The translations under genes and the position numbers were made by a program. A DNA stretch of 64,000 nucleotides from a virus. The DNA lies in IMG/VR virus record IMGVR_UViG_3300032046_000018, positions 6,985 to 70,984 of that record; one strand, 5' to 3'. Numbering within the stretch: the stretch's first letter is position 1; each line of letters opens with the position of its first letter. This document shows positions 46,710-56,727 of this stretch, in pieces. The notes beneath the pieces were generated by a model. It was given only the letters and a program-made list of their open reading frames with translations, had not been told where the DNA came from and made no database searches.

Positions 46710-47839
46710 CCATGCCTCTGTCTGCCTATTTCTTCAATCGCTGAACGTTTCTTGACGCTTCCACCACCCGTGGAAGGAGCCTCCTCGCCACTGGACGCAT
46801 CTGCGCTTCCGATGATCGGCGCTGGCTGTTTCGAGGTCGCAGTGGCCGCTGCATTCTTTCGATATGCTGACATGAGATCGCCGACCCTGCCCTTGAGCTT
46901 GTCAAACTTTTCGCCGAGCCCATCAGTACTCTTGAATATATTGTCCACCTTATCCCTCATGTCTCCAAATCTATCCGTGAACAATTTCCACTCGCTCGAG
47001 AAAAACAGGTCGATCTTCCCAAGAGCCGTGTCGGTATCCCTATCAAATTTACTCCGTCTGCCTGATGTTACTGCAGGCTGGGTCTGCTGCTGCTGGGGCA
47101 ACACCTTCAGAAGCTCATCAACGATTTTCTGCGCCAATGCAGCCTCATCAATCCCAGCTTGTACTTGCGATAGAGGTACATTTATTTTTTTAATGGCTGA
47201 CTCTATCGCGGTCATTACATTTAGTCCTGCTCGAGTTGCTCTCTCCGATTCAGCCTGAACACGAGAAACCTCACCAGCGAGCGTCGTTATTGGCTCCCGG
47301 AACGCGTCTGCGACCGCTAACGTTACCGTGGTTTGTATATCAGGGCCCTGCGTTCCTCCAGCAGTGGCCTCCTGGCGGGTTGTTGCCATTTCCCCGAGTG
47401 CTGATTGCATCCCGATGAGGCCCCTCGCCTGTGCCACGATTTCAGTAATTTTTTGTGACACCGCTTCGAGTGACGTGTTCCCCTTTATCTCATCTATCGC
47501 TGCACTAATATGGCTCGTCGCTACTCGTATCCCACCGACGATCCCCCCAATTTCAGCACGCATCTCGGCGATCCCGTCCCTGGCAGCCTCATCAATCCCC
47601 TTCCATTGATTAAAAGTTTGTTGGAAGGCTTGCGAGAATACCTCCAATAAACCCTGCATTTGTGGCGCATTCGCGTTAACCTGTGCAACCTTTGCGCCAA
47701 GAACCCCGGCGCTCTTTGATGCTACCTCGATTGCCGATATCACGGCGCCAGACATCGCCTCCACGTCATGCATGAGCTTCGCTGCCTCCTTGAGGCTTCC
47801 CACGTCACTGATACCGATTCGCACCGAGATGTCGTCCAA
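46706..47839 (-). CDS. Putative short tape measure protein
   Basis: Ala/Gly/Gln-rich helical protein, DISVRIG N-terminus, located after the chaperone. Confidence 0.55.
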   Translation of the reverse strand: MDDISVRIGISDVGSLKEAAKLMHDVEAMSGAVISAIEVASKSAGVLGAKVAQVNANAPQMQGLLEVFSQAFQQTFNQWKGIDEAARDGIAEMRAEIGGIVGGIRVATSHISAAIDEIKGNTSLEAVSQKITEIVAQARGLIGMQSALGEMATTRQEATAGGTQGPDIQTTVTLAVADAFREPITTLAGEVSRVQAESERATRAGLNVMTAIESAIKKINVPLSQVQAGIDEAALAQKIVDELLKVLPQQQQTQPAVTSGRRSKFDRDTDTALGKIDLFFSSEWKLFTDRFGDMRDKVDNIFKSTDGLGEKFDKLKGRVGDLMSAYRKNAAATATSKQPAPIIGSADASSGEEAPSTGGGSVKKRSAIEEIGRQRHG

Positions 47840-47844
47840 GCTCG

Positions 47845-48543
47845 TTATTGTTCACCTTTTTTGATGGCGTCCAGCTTGGCAATTATGTCAAGCTGTGCGT
47901 TGTCATAACTAAATTCAGGCCTGAAATGAACCTTCCGCATCGCTTCCTCGACGGTGGATGAAATCTCCGACTTCCATTCACCGGTGTACTTGTCCAGGCT
48001 CGTCGAAAGGAACTTCAACTGGAGTTCCGTCACGTCTCCTAGATTCTCGAGTAATGGTATATCCAATTTCCACGTTGCCATTCCAAGGGTCTTTCCATCG
48101 GCAGTTTCGAGGAAGCTGTCCATCCTATCTCCAGGAGAAGTGCTTAGTTCAAGGATTTCAGTAGCGAATGCGTCTACCTCTAAGGCGCATGCGTCTTCTC
48201 GCATGGCGTGTATCCCGAGAGGTAAGCCATCTTGCTCCTGCCTCCATCGAGGTGGTTGGAAATCCTTTACCGCGTGGTACACGATCCACGAGTTAATGAT
48301 CGACCGGATCGAGTTTATCTCCATGGCGAGTTCAACTGTTTGAATAGGTGTTATCTTGTCACCCATGCGATGCATGGTGATAAAATTAACGGCGTCGATG
48401 GACCTGCCTTTAAACGCCTTTTGGTAGCAGTCCTCGACCTCCTTGAGCGTGAGGGGGCGATATTCTATTGCCCCATAATATTTAGAATAAAAAAATGCAC
48501 GGGTTTTGATACCCCGCAAGATGGCGTCTATGAGATCGACCAT
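47845..48543 (-). CDS. Tail assembly chaperone
   Basis: ILRG...IEYRPLT..E; lies between tube and tape measure. Confidence 0.6.
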   Translation of the reverse strand: MVDLIDAILRGIKTRAFFYSKYYGAIEYRPLTLKEVEDCYQKAFKGRSIDAVNFITMHRMGDKITPIQTVELAMEINSIRSIINSWIVYHAVKDFQPPRWRQEQDGLPLGIHAMREDACALEVDAFATEILELSTSPGDRMDSFLETADGKTLGMATWKLDIPLLENLGDVTELQLKFLSTSLDKYTGEWKSEISSTVEEAMRKVHFRPEFSYDNAQLDIIAKLDAIKKGEQ

Positions 48544-48548
48544 TGATC

Positions 48549-49094
48549 TCACGTCGATTCTTTCGCTTCTGATGGAACGCTTGGTGGTGATACAAATTTC
48601 CCATCGCCGATTACCATGTATCCCGTGCCTGTCACGTATCCATAGTTCATCCACGTGAACGGAAATGTCCGCATCGGCAAATCATTGTCCCATCGCTCGT
48701 CCATCGGGTCTATCTTGCATCCGAATAATGCCCGCTGCCCGTAGATGAGCTGGCCCTGGCCAGCGTTCTGATCGCCAGGTATCTCGTCGAGATAGATGTC
48801 GAAAAACTCGTCGAACTGGGCGAGCCAATTTAGCATGGCGAATGCTTGCTCGGTCTGCGCTACCATGAGACGGCCAGACTGGCTTTCATTGCGCTTGGTG
48901 ACCATCACCTGATTCCACACCGACAATCCACCACGCAGGTCGTGGTTGTAGCCAATCCCGTTAATCTCCAGGCCGTCGCACACCGCCACGATGGTGGAGC
49001 CTTCCGAACCGGAGCCACCATCCTTCACTGACTTGTACGAGATGGTGATCTTCATCCGGTCGTTCCATGATTTTTTTGCTGTCTCTGTTGGCAT
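48549..49094 (-). CDS. Tail tube protein
   Basis: Beta-rich, follows the sheath; LFGCKI motif; AGGTGA SD. Confidence 0.65.
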   Translation of the reverse strand: MPTETAKKSWNDRMKITISYKSVKDGGSGSEGSTIVAVCDGLEINGIGYNHDLRGGLSVWNQVMVTKRNESQSGRLMVAQTEQAFAMLNWLAQFDEFFDIYLDEIPGDQNAGQGQLIYGQRALFGCKIDPMDERWDNDLPMRTFPFTWMNYGYVTGTGYMVIGDGKFVSPPSVPSEAKEST

Positions 49095-49095
49095 G

Positions 49096-50637
49096 TTAGA
49101 TATCACCTAGCGCGCTGATCACGATTGTTTCGGGGTTTGGACCCCACAGGTATGTTACTTCAATGTTGTCGACTATGGCGCTGTCCTGCGCCGCCGTCAC
49201 GATTGTCTGGTCCTCCACGGTCCGTTTTCCGACCGGGATGGCGAGGTACTCCTCTATCGGGATGGACATGGAGACGAGTCCATCGCACAGGCCTTTTTGC
49301 TCGCATTCCGTGATGGTCGCGGCGATGACCGACTTGATACGCCGGATTCCTCCGATGTCATAGTGCAGGTCTGGTGAAAGCACCAACTGCAAGAGAGCCG
49401 CCAGGAGCGCGTGTTTTATCTGGTACAAGCACCGGACATTATTGATGGTCTTTCGGCGCCCGACGCCAAACGTGTACCCGAAATTCAGGAAGGGCAGTTG
49501 CCCCCTCAGATTTTGTATCTTGGACCATGTCATTATCTGCGCAACCTGGTACGCCCTGAGAATGGATTCGTTCTCCTCTGGTGTTACCGCTAGTTGTGGC
49601 GTGTATCCGGTGAGCGTGTTGCGGATTTTCGTGTTGCGCACGGCCGCAGCAATCATGGCACTCGTATCCCGTTCACCAAAATATCCACTGGTTGCCAGGG
49701 TTTGCTTTTCTCCTGCCACCATGACATTTTGATTCGCCCCGAGTTCATTCGCTTTGAAATCCGCGAAATACTCGGAATACGACCCACCATACTTGCCGGT
49801 CGCGTCCGTGAGCGCGGCATTCGCCGGAAGCCCACAGCATAGCTGCCGATACCATCCACTGTTCGTTCTCGATGTGCAATGCGCCAGTGCTATTTTCATG
49901 TCATCAATGAACGACGTTCCACCATAAATGCCCTGCGCGCTGGATGCACCACTCATTTTCCCTGGATCATACGCCAAGCACAAGAGCTGCACGTCCTGGT
50001 TGTTGAATATCTTGAGTGCCTCGGATGTCGTCGCCGTCGTGTAGCTAATGAGTACCGTGTCGGTTGCCAGGTTTACTGCTTGCTCCACGGAGCCACCATT
50101 TCCCGGATACCCGGCCTTGAACGTGATCTTGCCCGTGTACTTCCCGGTTTCATCCTGCTCAGCCGTATATCTGGGAGCATCTTGTGACACTGTCTCATCC
50201 ACGCCGCCATTCCCGGCGTGATAATGAACCTTCACGCCAGTAACGGCCGTCACCGGAGACGTTACCGTTTTCCATTCCTTCACGCCGCCAGCAGGTATTG
50301 CCGTTTGATCGGTGTATGTCCCGCCTGCTTCCCCGCCGAACCTGTAGAAAAACACGGTTGCTGGGTCTGCCCCGCTTTTCAGCTCTCCGAAATACGTCGT
50401 CATCCACTTGTATAACGCCGTGTTTCCTGGCGTTGTACTGTAGAGGGCGTTGAAATCCTCGAGCTTTCCAATCTTGTAACCCTGCCAATTTGCAGGGTCA
50501 ATGCGAACACCACTCGCCGAGAGGAAGTAGGCATCGTTGGCAGCGTCATATCCAACAACCGCCACGTTCGCTTTCCCGATCGGCACCCGTGCCGGGATTG
50601 GTGTCCGCTCGCTCACCCGCACGTACATGTCTGCCAT
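49096..50637 (-). CDS. Contractile tail sheath protein
   Basis: VAVVG N-terminus, INNVRCLYQIK, YDIGGIRRIKSVI and C-terminal IEVTY...ETIVI. Confidence 0.8.
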   Translation of the reverse strand: MADMYVRVSERTPIPARVPIGKANVAVVGYDAANDAYFLSASGVRIDPANWQGYKIGKLEDFNALYSTTPGNTALYKWMTTYFGELKSGADPATVFFYRFGGEAGGTYTDQTAIPAGGVKEWKTVTSPVTAVTGVKVHYHAGNGGVDETVSQDAPRYTAEQDETGKYTGKITFKAGYPGNGGSVEQAVNLATDTVLISYTTATTSEALKIFNNQDVQLLCLAYDPGKMSGASSAQGIYGGTSFIDDMKIALAHCTSRTNSGWYRQLCCGLPANAALTDATGKYGGSYSEYFADFKANELGANQNVMVAGEKQTLATSGYFGERDTSAMIAAAVRNTKIRNTLTGYTPQLAVTPEENESILRAYQVAQIMTWSKIQNLRGQLPFLNFGYTFGVGRRKTINNVRCLYQIKHALLAALLQLVLSPDLHYDIGGIRRIKSVIAATITECEQKGLCDGLVSMSIPIEEYLAIPVGKRTVEDQTIVTAAQDSAIVDNIEVTYLWGPNPETIVISALGDI

Positions 50638-50652
50638 TTGTGTCTATTCCTC

Positions 50653-51270
50653 CTAATCATTCATTACAGTCGTCGGCTCGTCCTCTGATGCATCGACATC
50701 TGAAGCCCCAAACTCGATGGTCAAGATACTGCCATCCTCGGCTGTCTCTCCGTCAAGCATCTTTGTCCAGTGCCGCTCATATTTTATTTGGAATCTTAGG
50801 AGCCGCATTGACTCCGTTGTACCTTGCACGAACTCCTGATAATCCCTGGTCTCATCCAAGGTAGCGTCGCTTACCGATCCATAATAATCAATGAGTATCC
50901 TGTCCCACGATGCCTGGACACGCTTCACCACCTTGTCAAACATGGCCTTCGTGATATCTCTCGGGTGAAACATCACTGCACCCTTCTTGTACTCCCTGGC
51001 GTGCATCCTCAGTTCCACGCTCGCCGTGAACGCCCTTGAGAAGTTATGCACGTTAAACTCATCCACGCTCGCCAAGTTACTTATTCCCCCATAACCAGGG
51101 GAGTGATCATAAATCGCCACCACCACGGTTGGCACTTCCTCGTCAGCGAACTCGTTCCCCGGGAAGCTGTGGATCGTGAATGACTTGGTCTTCGTTACCC
51201 CCTTGTCATTCTTTCCAGTCACGGTAAAAGAGAGACTGTTCAAATCATCGACCAATCTCTCGAAGCACAC
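50653..51270 (-). CDS. Tail terminator/completion protein (start uncertain)
   Basis: P....PTVVV motif; position before the sheath. Confidence 0.55.
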   Translation of the reverse strand: MCFERLVDDLNSLSFTVTGKNDKGVTKTKSFTIHSFPGNEFADEEVPTVVVAIYDHSPGYGGISNLASVDEFNVHNFSRAFTASVELRMHAREYKKGAVMFHPRDITKAMFDKVVKRVQASWDRILIDYYGSVSDATLDETRDYQEFVQGTTESMRLLRFQIKYERHWTKMLDGETAEDGSILTIEFGASDVDASEDEPTTVMND

Positions 51271-51271
51271 C

Positions 51272-52252
51272 TCATCGAGCAACGCAATCCACCTCCACGT
51301 TATCCAATTCAATGGTCGCACCACTTGCCGCGATACCACAAGTGAGTAGATGCTTGATAAGCACGGTGAAGCCAGAAATGTCGACATCACTGATCACTTC
51401 CTCTCCATTGATCTCGACCGAGCCGAGCCCCTTCGAGCCGACGGCTTTCACGTGTACCCAAGATGAAGCAGTGATTGTTTTCGTGAACAGAGTTCCCGTG
51501 AAGTCCGTGATGGATAAAACTCCACCTGTGTTCACCACCAACAAGTAGAGAAGGACATTGCTGCCTAAATCTATAAGGTCAGTTATTTCGCCTAATATGA
51601 ACCTTGCCACGTTTCCAGTGGCAAGCGTTCCAGTGATCTTGAAATCAAATTCAATAGTAATTGCCGGTCCTTCGCATTCATCGAGGACGTTGATGGCAAC
51701 TTGTGAATATTTCGTCGCGGCACTCGTCATGGCCACCACGTTGGTAGTACCGTCAATTGCTACCGCTGCGGTGGTGCCAGTTGGTACCGTTACCGTGCAG
51801 CTCTCTGGCGCCTGGCCCACGGTATCATCTTCAAAGTCCCACTCGTGTATAAACGTGGGATAGTCATCCCTGGTGCGTTCCGTGAACAGCCTGACGATCC
51901 GCTCCCGTCCGAGCGGTTCCATGGCCGTTACCTTGTGCACCTGGCCAGCATGGAACACCCGCAAGTACTTCTCGTCCGCGAGTGTTATGCCGATAGCGTC
52001 GAGATCGCTCTTCACGATTTGGAACTCTCTCGAACCGTTAAATCTAACACCATCCTCACCAGGGTTCATGTTTCTCGTTCCTCGCCCCCTCAAACTTAAT
52101 CCCCTAACAACAGCAATGATGTTCGAGAGCGTGGAAACGTGTTTTCCTCCAGCTCGCCGTTCTGCTACCCCTTGTTTCTCGATGATGATGGGGTCCCCGG
52201 CATTTCGTTCTCCATTGAACTGGATCAGCGTGAAGTCGGTGAGCATGCCCAT
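51272..52252 (-). CDS. Head-closure protein fused to a lectin-like beta-sandwich
   Basis: N-domain like head-tail joining proteins; C-domain WDFEDD.VG..P...W.HV...LDNV. Confidence 0.55.
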   Translation of the reverse strand: MGMLTDFTLIQFNGERNAGDPIIIEKQGVAERRAGGKHVSTLSNIIAVVRGLSLRGRGTRNMNPGEDGVRFNGSREFQIVKSDLDAIGITLADEKYLRVFHAGQVHKVTAMEPLGRERIVRLFTERTRDDYPTFIHEWDFEDDTVGQAPESCTVTVPTGTTAAVAIDGTTNVVAMTSAATKYSQVAINVLDECEGPAITIEFDFKITGTLATGNVARFILGEITDLIDLGSNVLLYLLVVNTGGVLSITDFTGTLFTKTITASSWVHVKAVGSKGLGSVEINGEEVISDVDISGFTVLIKHLLTCGIAASGATIELDNVEVDCVAR

Positions 52253-52782
52253 TATGATAACGTCCCTCCAGAAGTGTATATTTCCCACCGGTTCGTGGAA
52301 AGATCAAATCTCGCCGACCTGCTACCAAATGCAACCTCATCCGGCTTGTTTAGCCTGAATTGCGACATTTTCCACTTCCTGACGAGGTCTGCCGCCATCA
52401 TCCTATACGAATCATGCGGGAGAAGCTCGTAGAAACCCGGGGCGTTCCCCTGCGCAAAAAAGAACATTGGTGACCACCGCTGGTACTTGGTGGTCACGTC
52501 TCCTACCTGTTGCTCTGCTACATCACCAGTGTTCCAGTGATATTGGCCTCGCTGGGATATGAGTTCAAGATACATGGCCATCCCCGACCCCCAAATATAA
52601 AACTTGGGGTCCGCGAGGTCAGCAAGAGAAGAAAAATTAATATTGCCACCCTCCTCAACGAGGCCACAAATCCGCCCGGTGACAAGCTTGGTCAGTACGG
52701 ATGGAAGGTGACTGGACGTTAACCCGAGTCCAGCGTACTCGAGCCACTCGAGTACCTCCTCGATTGTTGGGATGGTGGCCAT
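52252..52782 (-). CDS. Head-tail adaptor
   Basis: Follows the MCP; EQQVGDVTTKY hairpin. Confidence 0.65.
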   Translation of the reverse strand: MATIPTIEEVLEWLEYAGLGLTSSHLPSVLTKLVTGRICGLVEEGGNINFSSLADLADPKFYIWGSGMAMYLELISQRGQYHWNTGDVAEQQVGDVTTKYQRWSPMFFFAQGNAPGFYELLPHDSYRMMAADLVRKWKMSQFRLNKPDEVAFGSRSARFDLSTNRWEIYTSGGTLS

Positions 52783-52794
52783 TTGTCATTCCTC

Positions 52795-53925
52795 TTATGC
52801 CGTTACTGGACATACGTTGTCGAGACGCACCATGTTTGCGAAGTCCCCGACACCGAGTGAGAACTTGAGCTCGAAGCGCGTCCGTGCGATGTGCGGGTCG
52901 TGATCAACCCACGTGTACTCGTACAGGCCATTGCCGTCGTGATACTGGTTGCACCGGCTCGTGAACGTGAAACCGAGGTCGTCATTCGCCAGGAATGCAA
53001 ACTCGTATCCACCAGCCCGCATGAACCAATACTTGTTGTCATTGCCCCACTCGGCTGCTGCGTTATCACCCATGTTGGACTCGCCGTTGATGGCGCCCGC
53101 ATTCGCAGCACTGGTCTTGTACGTGTGCGCGACCACCTTGTGAATCTTCATGCCGTTGTCGAGACCTGCGTAGAATGCCTGGAGTGTCCCGCCTGAGAGA
53201 TCACGAACATACTTGAGTCGCTCGATGATCACGCGGTGATTCTTGAGGACTTTTGCGGCCTTGCTCCCGATGAACAGGTTGTTCAAGGGGAGATCGCCGA
53301 GTCCTTCTTGGTGGTCGATGGCATTGTCGATGTCCCGGAAAGGGTCGCTGGACGTGTAGTTATTCCATGCTGCACCGATCATGCCGTTCGCAGCAGCCGT
53401 GAGATCGAAGTGAATCAGCCTGTTAGTTGATTGATTGCTGAAGTTGCTCACGGTTGCAGGGTTGCCCCACATGTAGTTCACGAGTTCCAGTTCTACACGT
53501 CGCTCGATTGCACGTGCGCACATCTCGGTGAGACGCCGCATCCGTACATCCGTGCCAAAGTTGAACTGTGGCGTGAATTGCACGAGGAATTCCTCGGGCT
53601 CCATCATGAAGCCGATTTTCGTCATTCGACTCCACCATCTCTCCATGTCAGCCCCGAGACTCAGGTAGTCTTCAGTCCGAGCATACGGGGAGTACATGTT
53701 AGAGATTGGTTGGGGGTCGATCACCAGCGGCCATCCAAAAGTTGAAGCTCCGCCGCCAGGAGCGCGGATACGCTTCATTACAGTGGAGAGCACCGGCTGC
53801 CATTTAGAGTCCCACATTCGCACCATTTCGACAAATGCTGGGCTCAGGGCCCATATCGGGATGTTTGCGCCGTAGGTAAAATTGGGCAATTGAAGCCCTA
53901 CCGGATCGTTAAAGTTCCAGCTCAT
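52795..53925 (-). CDS. Major capsid protein (HK97 fold)
   Basis: 376 aa after scaffold/decoration genes; AIERRVELEL, W......DPFRDI, LKNHRVIIERLKY. Confidence 0.85.
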   Translation of the reverse strand: MSWNFNDPVGLQLPNFTYGANIPIWALSPAFVEMVRMWDSKWQPVLSTVMKRIRAPGGGASTFGWPLVIDPQPISNMYSPYARTEDYLSLGADMERWWSRMTKIGFMMEPEEFLVQFTPQFNFGTDVRMRRLTEMCARAIERRVELELVNYMWGNPATVSNFSNQSTNRLIHFDLTAAANGMIGAAWNNYTSSDPFRDIDNAIDHQEGLGDLPLNNLFIGSKAAKVLKNHRVIIERLKYVRDLSGGTLQAFYAGLDNGMKIHKVVAHTYKTSAANAGAINGESNMGDNAAAEWGNDNKYWFMRAGGYEFAFLANDDLGFTFTSRCNQYHDGNGLYEYTWVDHDPHIARTRFELKFSLGVGDFANMVRLDNVCPVTA

Positions 53926-53937
53926 GTGTCATTCACC

Positions 53938-54492
53938 TCAAGGCCCGTTATCGAGCCAGCCTTCGCCATTGTTGTTCACGTGTAGTGGCTCGATGATGAT
54001 GGGTCCCCTAACGTTATACGCGATGGGGCCGCTCTTGACGCGACCTAGATATGTCATCGTCGATGTTCTCGGGACAAATCCACCTGGATACGGTGCCACC
54101 TCGTCATTGTCGTAGACGATTGACCCGGACTTCTTGTTAATCATGTCCCGGACACCATGGACCACGACTGCAATCTCTCGCTGCCCCTGGCGCCATTCTC
54201 CCATGGACTTGTAAATCAAGTCATATGCTGCGCGACCTATCGAACCAACCAGGCCTCCACGAGTCGGTATTTGACTGTCAGAAACACCAAGACACCGCTG
54301 CTTGCTTGCCGTGTCGTTGTATGGCGCAACAATGATGATGCTGTCATACGGTGGTCCCCCGACTGCCGCTCCCGGCCCCGTGCCCGTGTACTTGAGCGGG
54401 TCACCGAAGAACGTGCTAAACGAGTCGTGAAGCCTCGTCTTGTGCCCCTTCAGATAATCCGCCGGGTCTTGTCTGTTATGCCGAGTGCTCAT
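53938..54492 (-). CDS. Capsid decoration/cement protein
   Basis: Between protease and MCP; LGV...IAVVVHG beta-tulip-like pattern. Confidence 0.6.
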   Translation of the reverse strand: MSTRHNRQDPADYLKGHKTRLHDSFSTFFGDPLKYTGTGPGAAVGGPPYDSIIIVAPYNDTASKQRCLGVSDSQIPTRGGLVGSIGRAAYDLIYKSMGEWRQGQREIAVVVHGVRDMINKKSGSIVYDNDEVAPYPGGFVPRTSTMTYLGRVKSGPIAYNVRGPIIIEPLHVNNNGEGWLDNGP

Positions 54493-55580
54493 TATTTATC
54501 AGCCTCCATGCCCTGGGCCTTGAAAAATTCAGCCATTTTCGGACGGAGGTCAGGAGCACACATCTCCAAGGCCTTCTTCACGTCCGTCTTTGGTGCCTCG
54601 AGCTTCTTCCTCTGCATCTCAGCCAGGAGTTTCTCCGCTGGATTTCCTTGCGTCGCGGTCTCTGCCTGGCCAGTCGCCGAGTTTACCTCCAATCTCTTTA
54701 CTTCCTTTTGAAGGTACTCGAACGTCTGCTTCTTGTAGAAGTCCTCGAGCTCCGGGCGTTTCTCGAGTGCGATGATCTTGTCCACGAGCGGTTTCTTGGT
54801 CTCGGCGTAGTCCAGGCGATTTGTCAGCGCCTGCACGCCAAGGCTAAGCTTTGCCGTCTCGGCCACGAACTTTGCGTTCTCGGCCTTCACCGTGGAAAGG
54901 TCGTCCTCGATCTTAGCCTTTTCACTCTCAGCGGTCACGAGCTTATTCTCCAGCTCTACCTTCTCTTTCGTGAGCTTTTCGAGCCGGGCCTCGTATTCCG
55001 CATGCTTTTTTCCTGCTTCTGCTTCCACTTGTTCATCTTCCTCTGCCAAGATAGTTTCACCTTGCTCATTAGATTCCATTTCCAACACGTGCCTGCAATC
55101 AACACACGCGGGCACGTGCGTTCCCGAGGCTTCGTACATGTCAATCCAGTACGCTTTACCATCCTCGAGTTGCAGGATAAACGCCATTGAAATGCCAATC
55201 GGGTTACCCTCCTCAGCACTTGCATTTACCCAGTCTGCAAAGAGCTTTTTATCATCCAGCTCGTGCCCGTTGGGAGCCTTCAGGGGAACCTCGTAGTCTA
55301 TGATCATGTACGAGATATCCTCCTCCTTCTCAATCCGTCCCCCAGTAGCACGGCCAAAGATAGGCACCACCTTATCTTCATTACCAGCAGGATGGCGATG
55401 CCTGAAAAGAAGGGGCAAGCCTTGGACCTGCCCTAATGCAATCTTCATCATTGGTTCGCATAGTTCGTTCGTGGAGATGCTGCGTGCCGTGAATTTGAAC
55501 ACGCTGCCGTCCAGCACTCCAGGACCTGTTGATTGAAGATTTAGTCGGCGTACCAGGGTACTTTTCAATGAAGGTCTCAC
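54492..55580 (-). CDS. Prohead protease-scaffold fusion
   Basis: PLLFRH, FGR, GISMAF, EASGT..PAC, then a long acidic coiled coil. True start may be TTG 55568. Confidence 0.8.
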   Translation of the reverse strand: MRPSLKSTLVRRLNLQSTGPGVLDGSVFKFTARSISTNELCEPMMKIALGQVQGLPLLFRHRHPAGNEDKVVPIFGRATGGRIEKEEDISYMIIDYEVPLKAPNGHELDDKKLFADWVNASAEEGNPIGISMAFILQLEDGKAYWIDMYEASGTHVPACVDCRHVLEMESNEQGETILAEEDEQVEAEAGKKHAEYEARLEKLTKEKVELENKLVTAESEKAKIEDDLSTVKAENAKFVAETAKLSLGVQALTNRLDYAETKKPLVDKIIALEKRPELEDFYKKQTFEYLQKEVKRLEVNSATGQAETATQGNPAEKLLAEMQRKKLEAPKTDVKKALEMCAPDLRPKMAEFFKAQGMEADK

Positions 55581-55601
55581 CTGGTCCTAGGAACGTCCAT
55601 G

Positions 55602-55625
55602 TCGTATTTAAATATTGGCTACAAG
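55602..55625 (-). promoter_or_regulatory. Putative late promoter, copy 1 (capsid operon)
   Basis: CTTGTAGCCAATATTTAAATACGA on the - strand; contains TATA box TTTAAATA; 22/24 identical to 63061-63084. Confidence 0.7.
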
Positions 55626-56060
55626 AGCCAGGGCCACGGCCAGGCACGCCGACGCTAGACCATGCCAGAACAGGCACGCGTCAGTTTGCTTTACCGAAAG
55701 ACGATTCCTTTTAACCAGGTAAATGAGGTAAGTCCCCCTCTTTCCAGCCCTGCCGATCTTGATGTCGCAGAGCAAATGGACGCCGTGTGACATGCAAAAA
55801 AATGCAACGCCCATTATATCCCGCACGCTCGTCACAGGCACCAGGATCAAGCACCCGAGAAGAATTGCACAGGGCGCCGATGAATGAAAGAACCAGTGAC
55901 GATGCATGTCGAGTTTCAGGTCCGTATCTGCATATGACGATGCGGACATGAAAGAAAATAAAGTGAATGCAGAAACCCACTGCCATTTCAACGATGCACA
56001 CATTATCGCAAAAACAACAAGTGCTGCATTGGAGAACATGAAATGCTGCCAGTAGTTCAT
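55608..56060 (-). CDS. Membrane-bound metal-dependent hydrolase (YdjM-like)
   Basis: H, D.D, HRHWFFHS, SHGVHLLCD and TM helices. Confidence 0.7.
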   Translation of the reverse strand: MNYWQHFMFSNAALVVFAIMCASLKWQWVSAFTLFSFMSASSYADTDLKLDMHRHWFFHSSAPCAILLGCLILVPVTSVRDIMGVAFFCMSHGVHLLCDIKIGRAGKRGTYLIYLVKRNRLSVKQTDACLFWHGLASACLAVALALVANI

Positions 56061-56344
56061 CCTTTCTGCATCCTCTCGTAGTCGTGGTTAGCAGGGTTCC
56101 ATTCCCCTGGCTTCCAGTTCTTGTTAATTGGAGCAGTTGCCATTATTGGCGGTTTCTCGGTTTGTGCACAAGCTGCGCAAAATTTGAACACGTCATATGC
56201 GAGCTGCTTGTCGGCTTCATTTCGAGTCTTCTTCTCAGGCACGTAGAATTGGTCGGTACATCGCCTGCACTTCAATATCACGTACCCTTCGACATCTTTT
56301 AGTACCAGTGATTTTCTTGGTGTTTGTTTGAAAGGTTGGCTCAT
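56057..56344 (-). CDS. Zn-finger protein
   Basis: CRRC...CAAC. Confidence 0.6.
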   Translation of the reverse strand: MSQPFKQTPRKSLVLKDVEGYVILKCRRCTDQFYVPEKKTRNEADKQLAYDVFKFCAACAQTEKPPIMATAPINKNWKPGEWNPANHDYERMQKG

Positions 56345-56355
56345 TTTATCACGTT

Positions 56356-56727
56356 TTAAAAGTGTTGTTCCTTTGTTTGCATTGATTTATGTGACTCTCC
56401 CATCCTGTACCACTCTGGCATGTTCGGGTCGTTCTTGCAGCCAGAAGTTGGGCACCCATACAGGATTTCCAAGTCGGTCTCCTCGTAGAAGAACATTTTC
56501 GCACCGCACCACCTGCAGTGAACCTCGTTCTTGTCAAAGATGTCATCCCATCCAAGTTTACCGACGGGGTGATATCCATTCTTCAAGCTCAGCGTTCCAG
56601 GAGCTTGGAACCCAGCGGTGAGCGGGTCCCTCGGCTCGATTGGAATGTCGCGTCCTTTATGATCCTTCTCAAAGAGATTGAAGTGCTTCAATCTCATGGT
56701 CAAATCCGTGTCTCTTGATACTGGCAT
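56356..56727 (-). CDS. Zn-ribbon protein
   Basis: CRWC...CPTSGC. Confidence 0.6.
   Translation of the reverse strand: MPVSRDTDLTMRLKHFNLFEKDHKGRDIPIEPRDPLTAGFQAPGTLSLKNGYHPVGKLGWDDIFDKNEVHCRWCGAKMFFYEETDLEILYGCPTSGCKNDPNMPEWYRMGESHKSMQTKEQHF

Noticed and set aside
47845-47865. Tail chaperone G/GT-type frameshift at ATC AAA AAA GGT
   Set aside because: The -1 frame hits TGA immediately, so no fusion into the tape measure is possible; AGGTGA here is more simply an SD.
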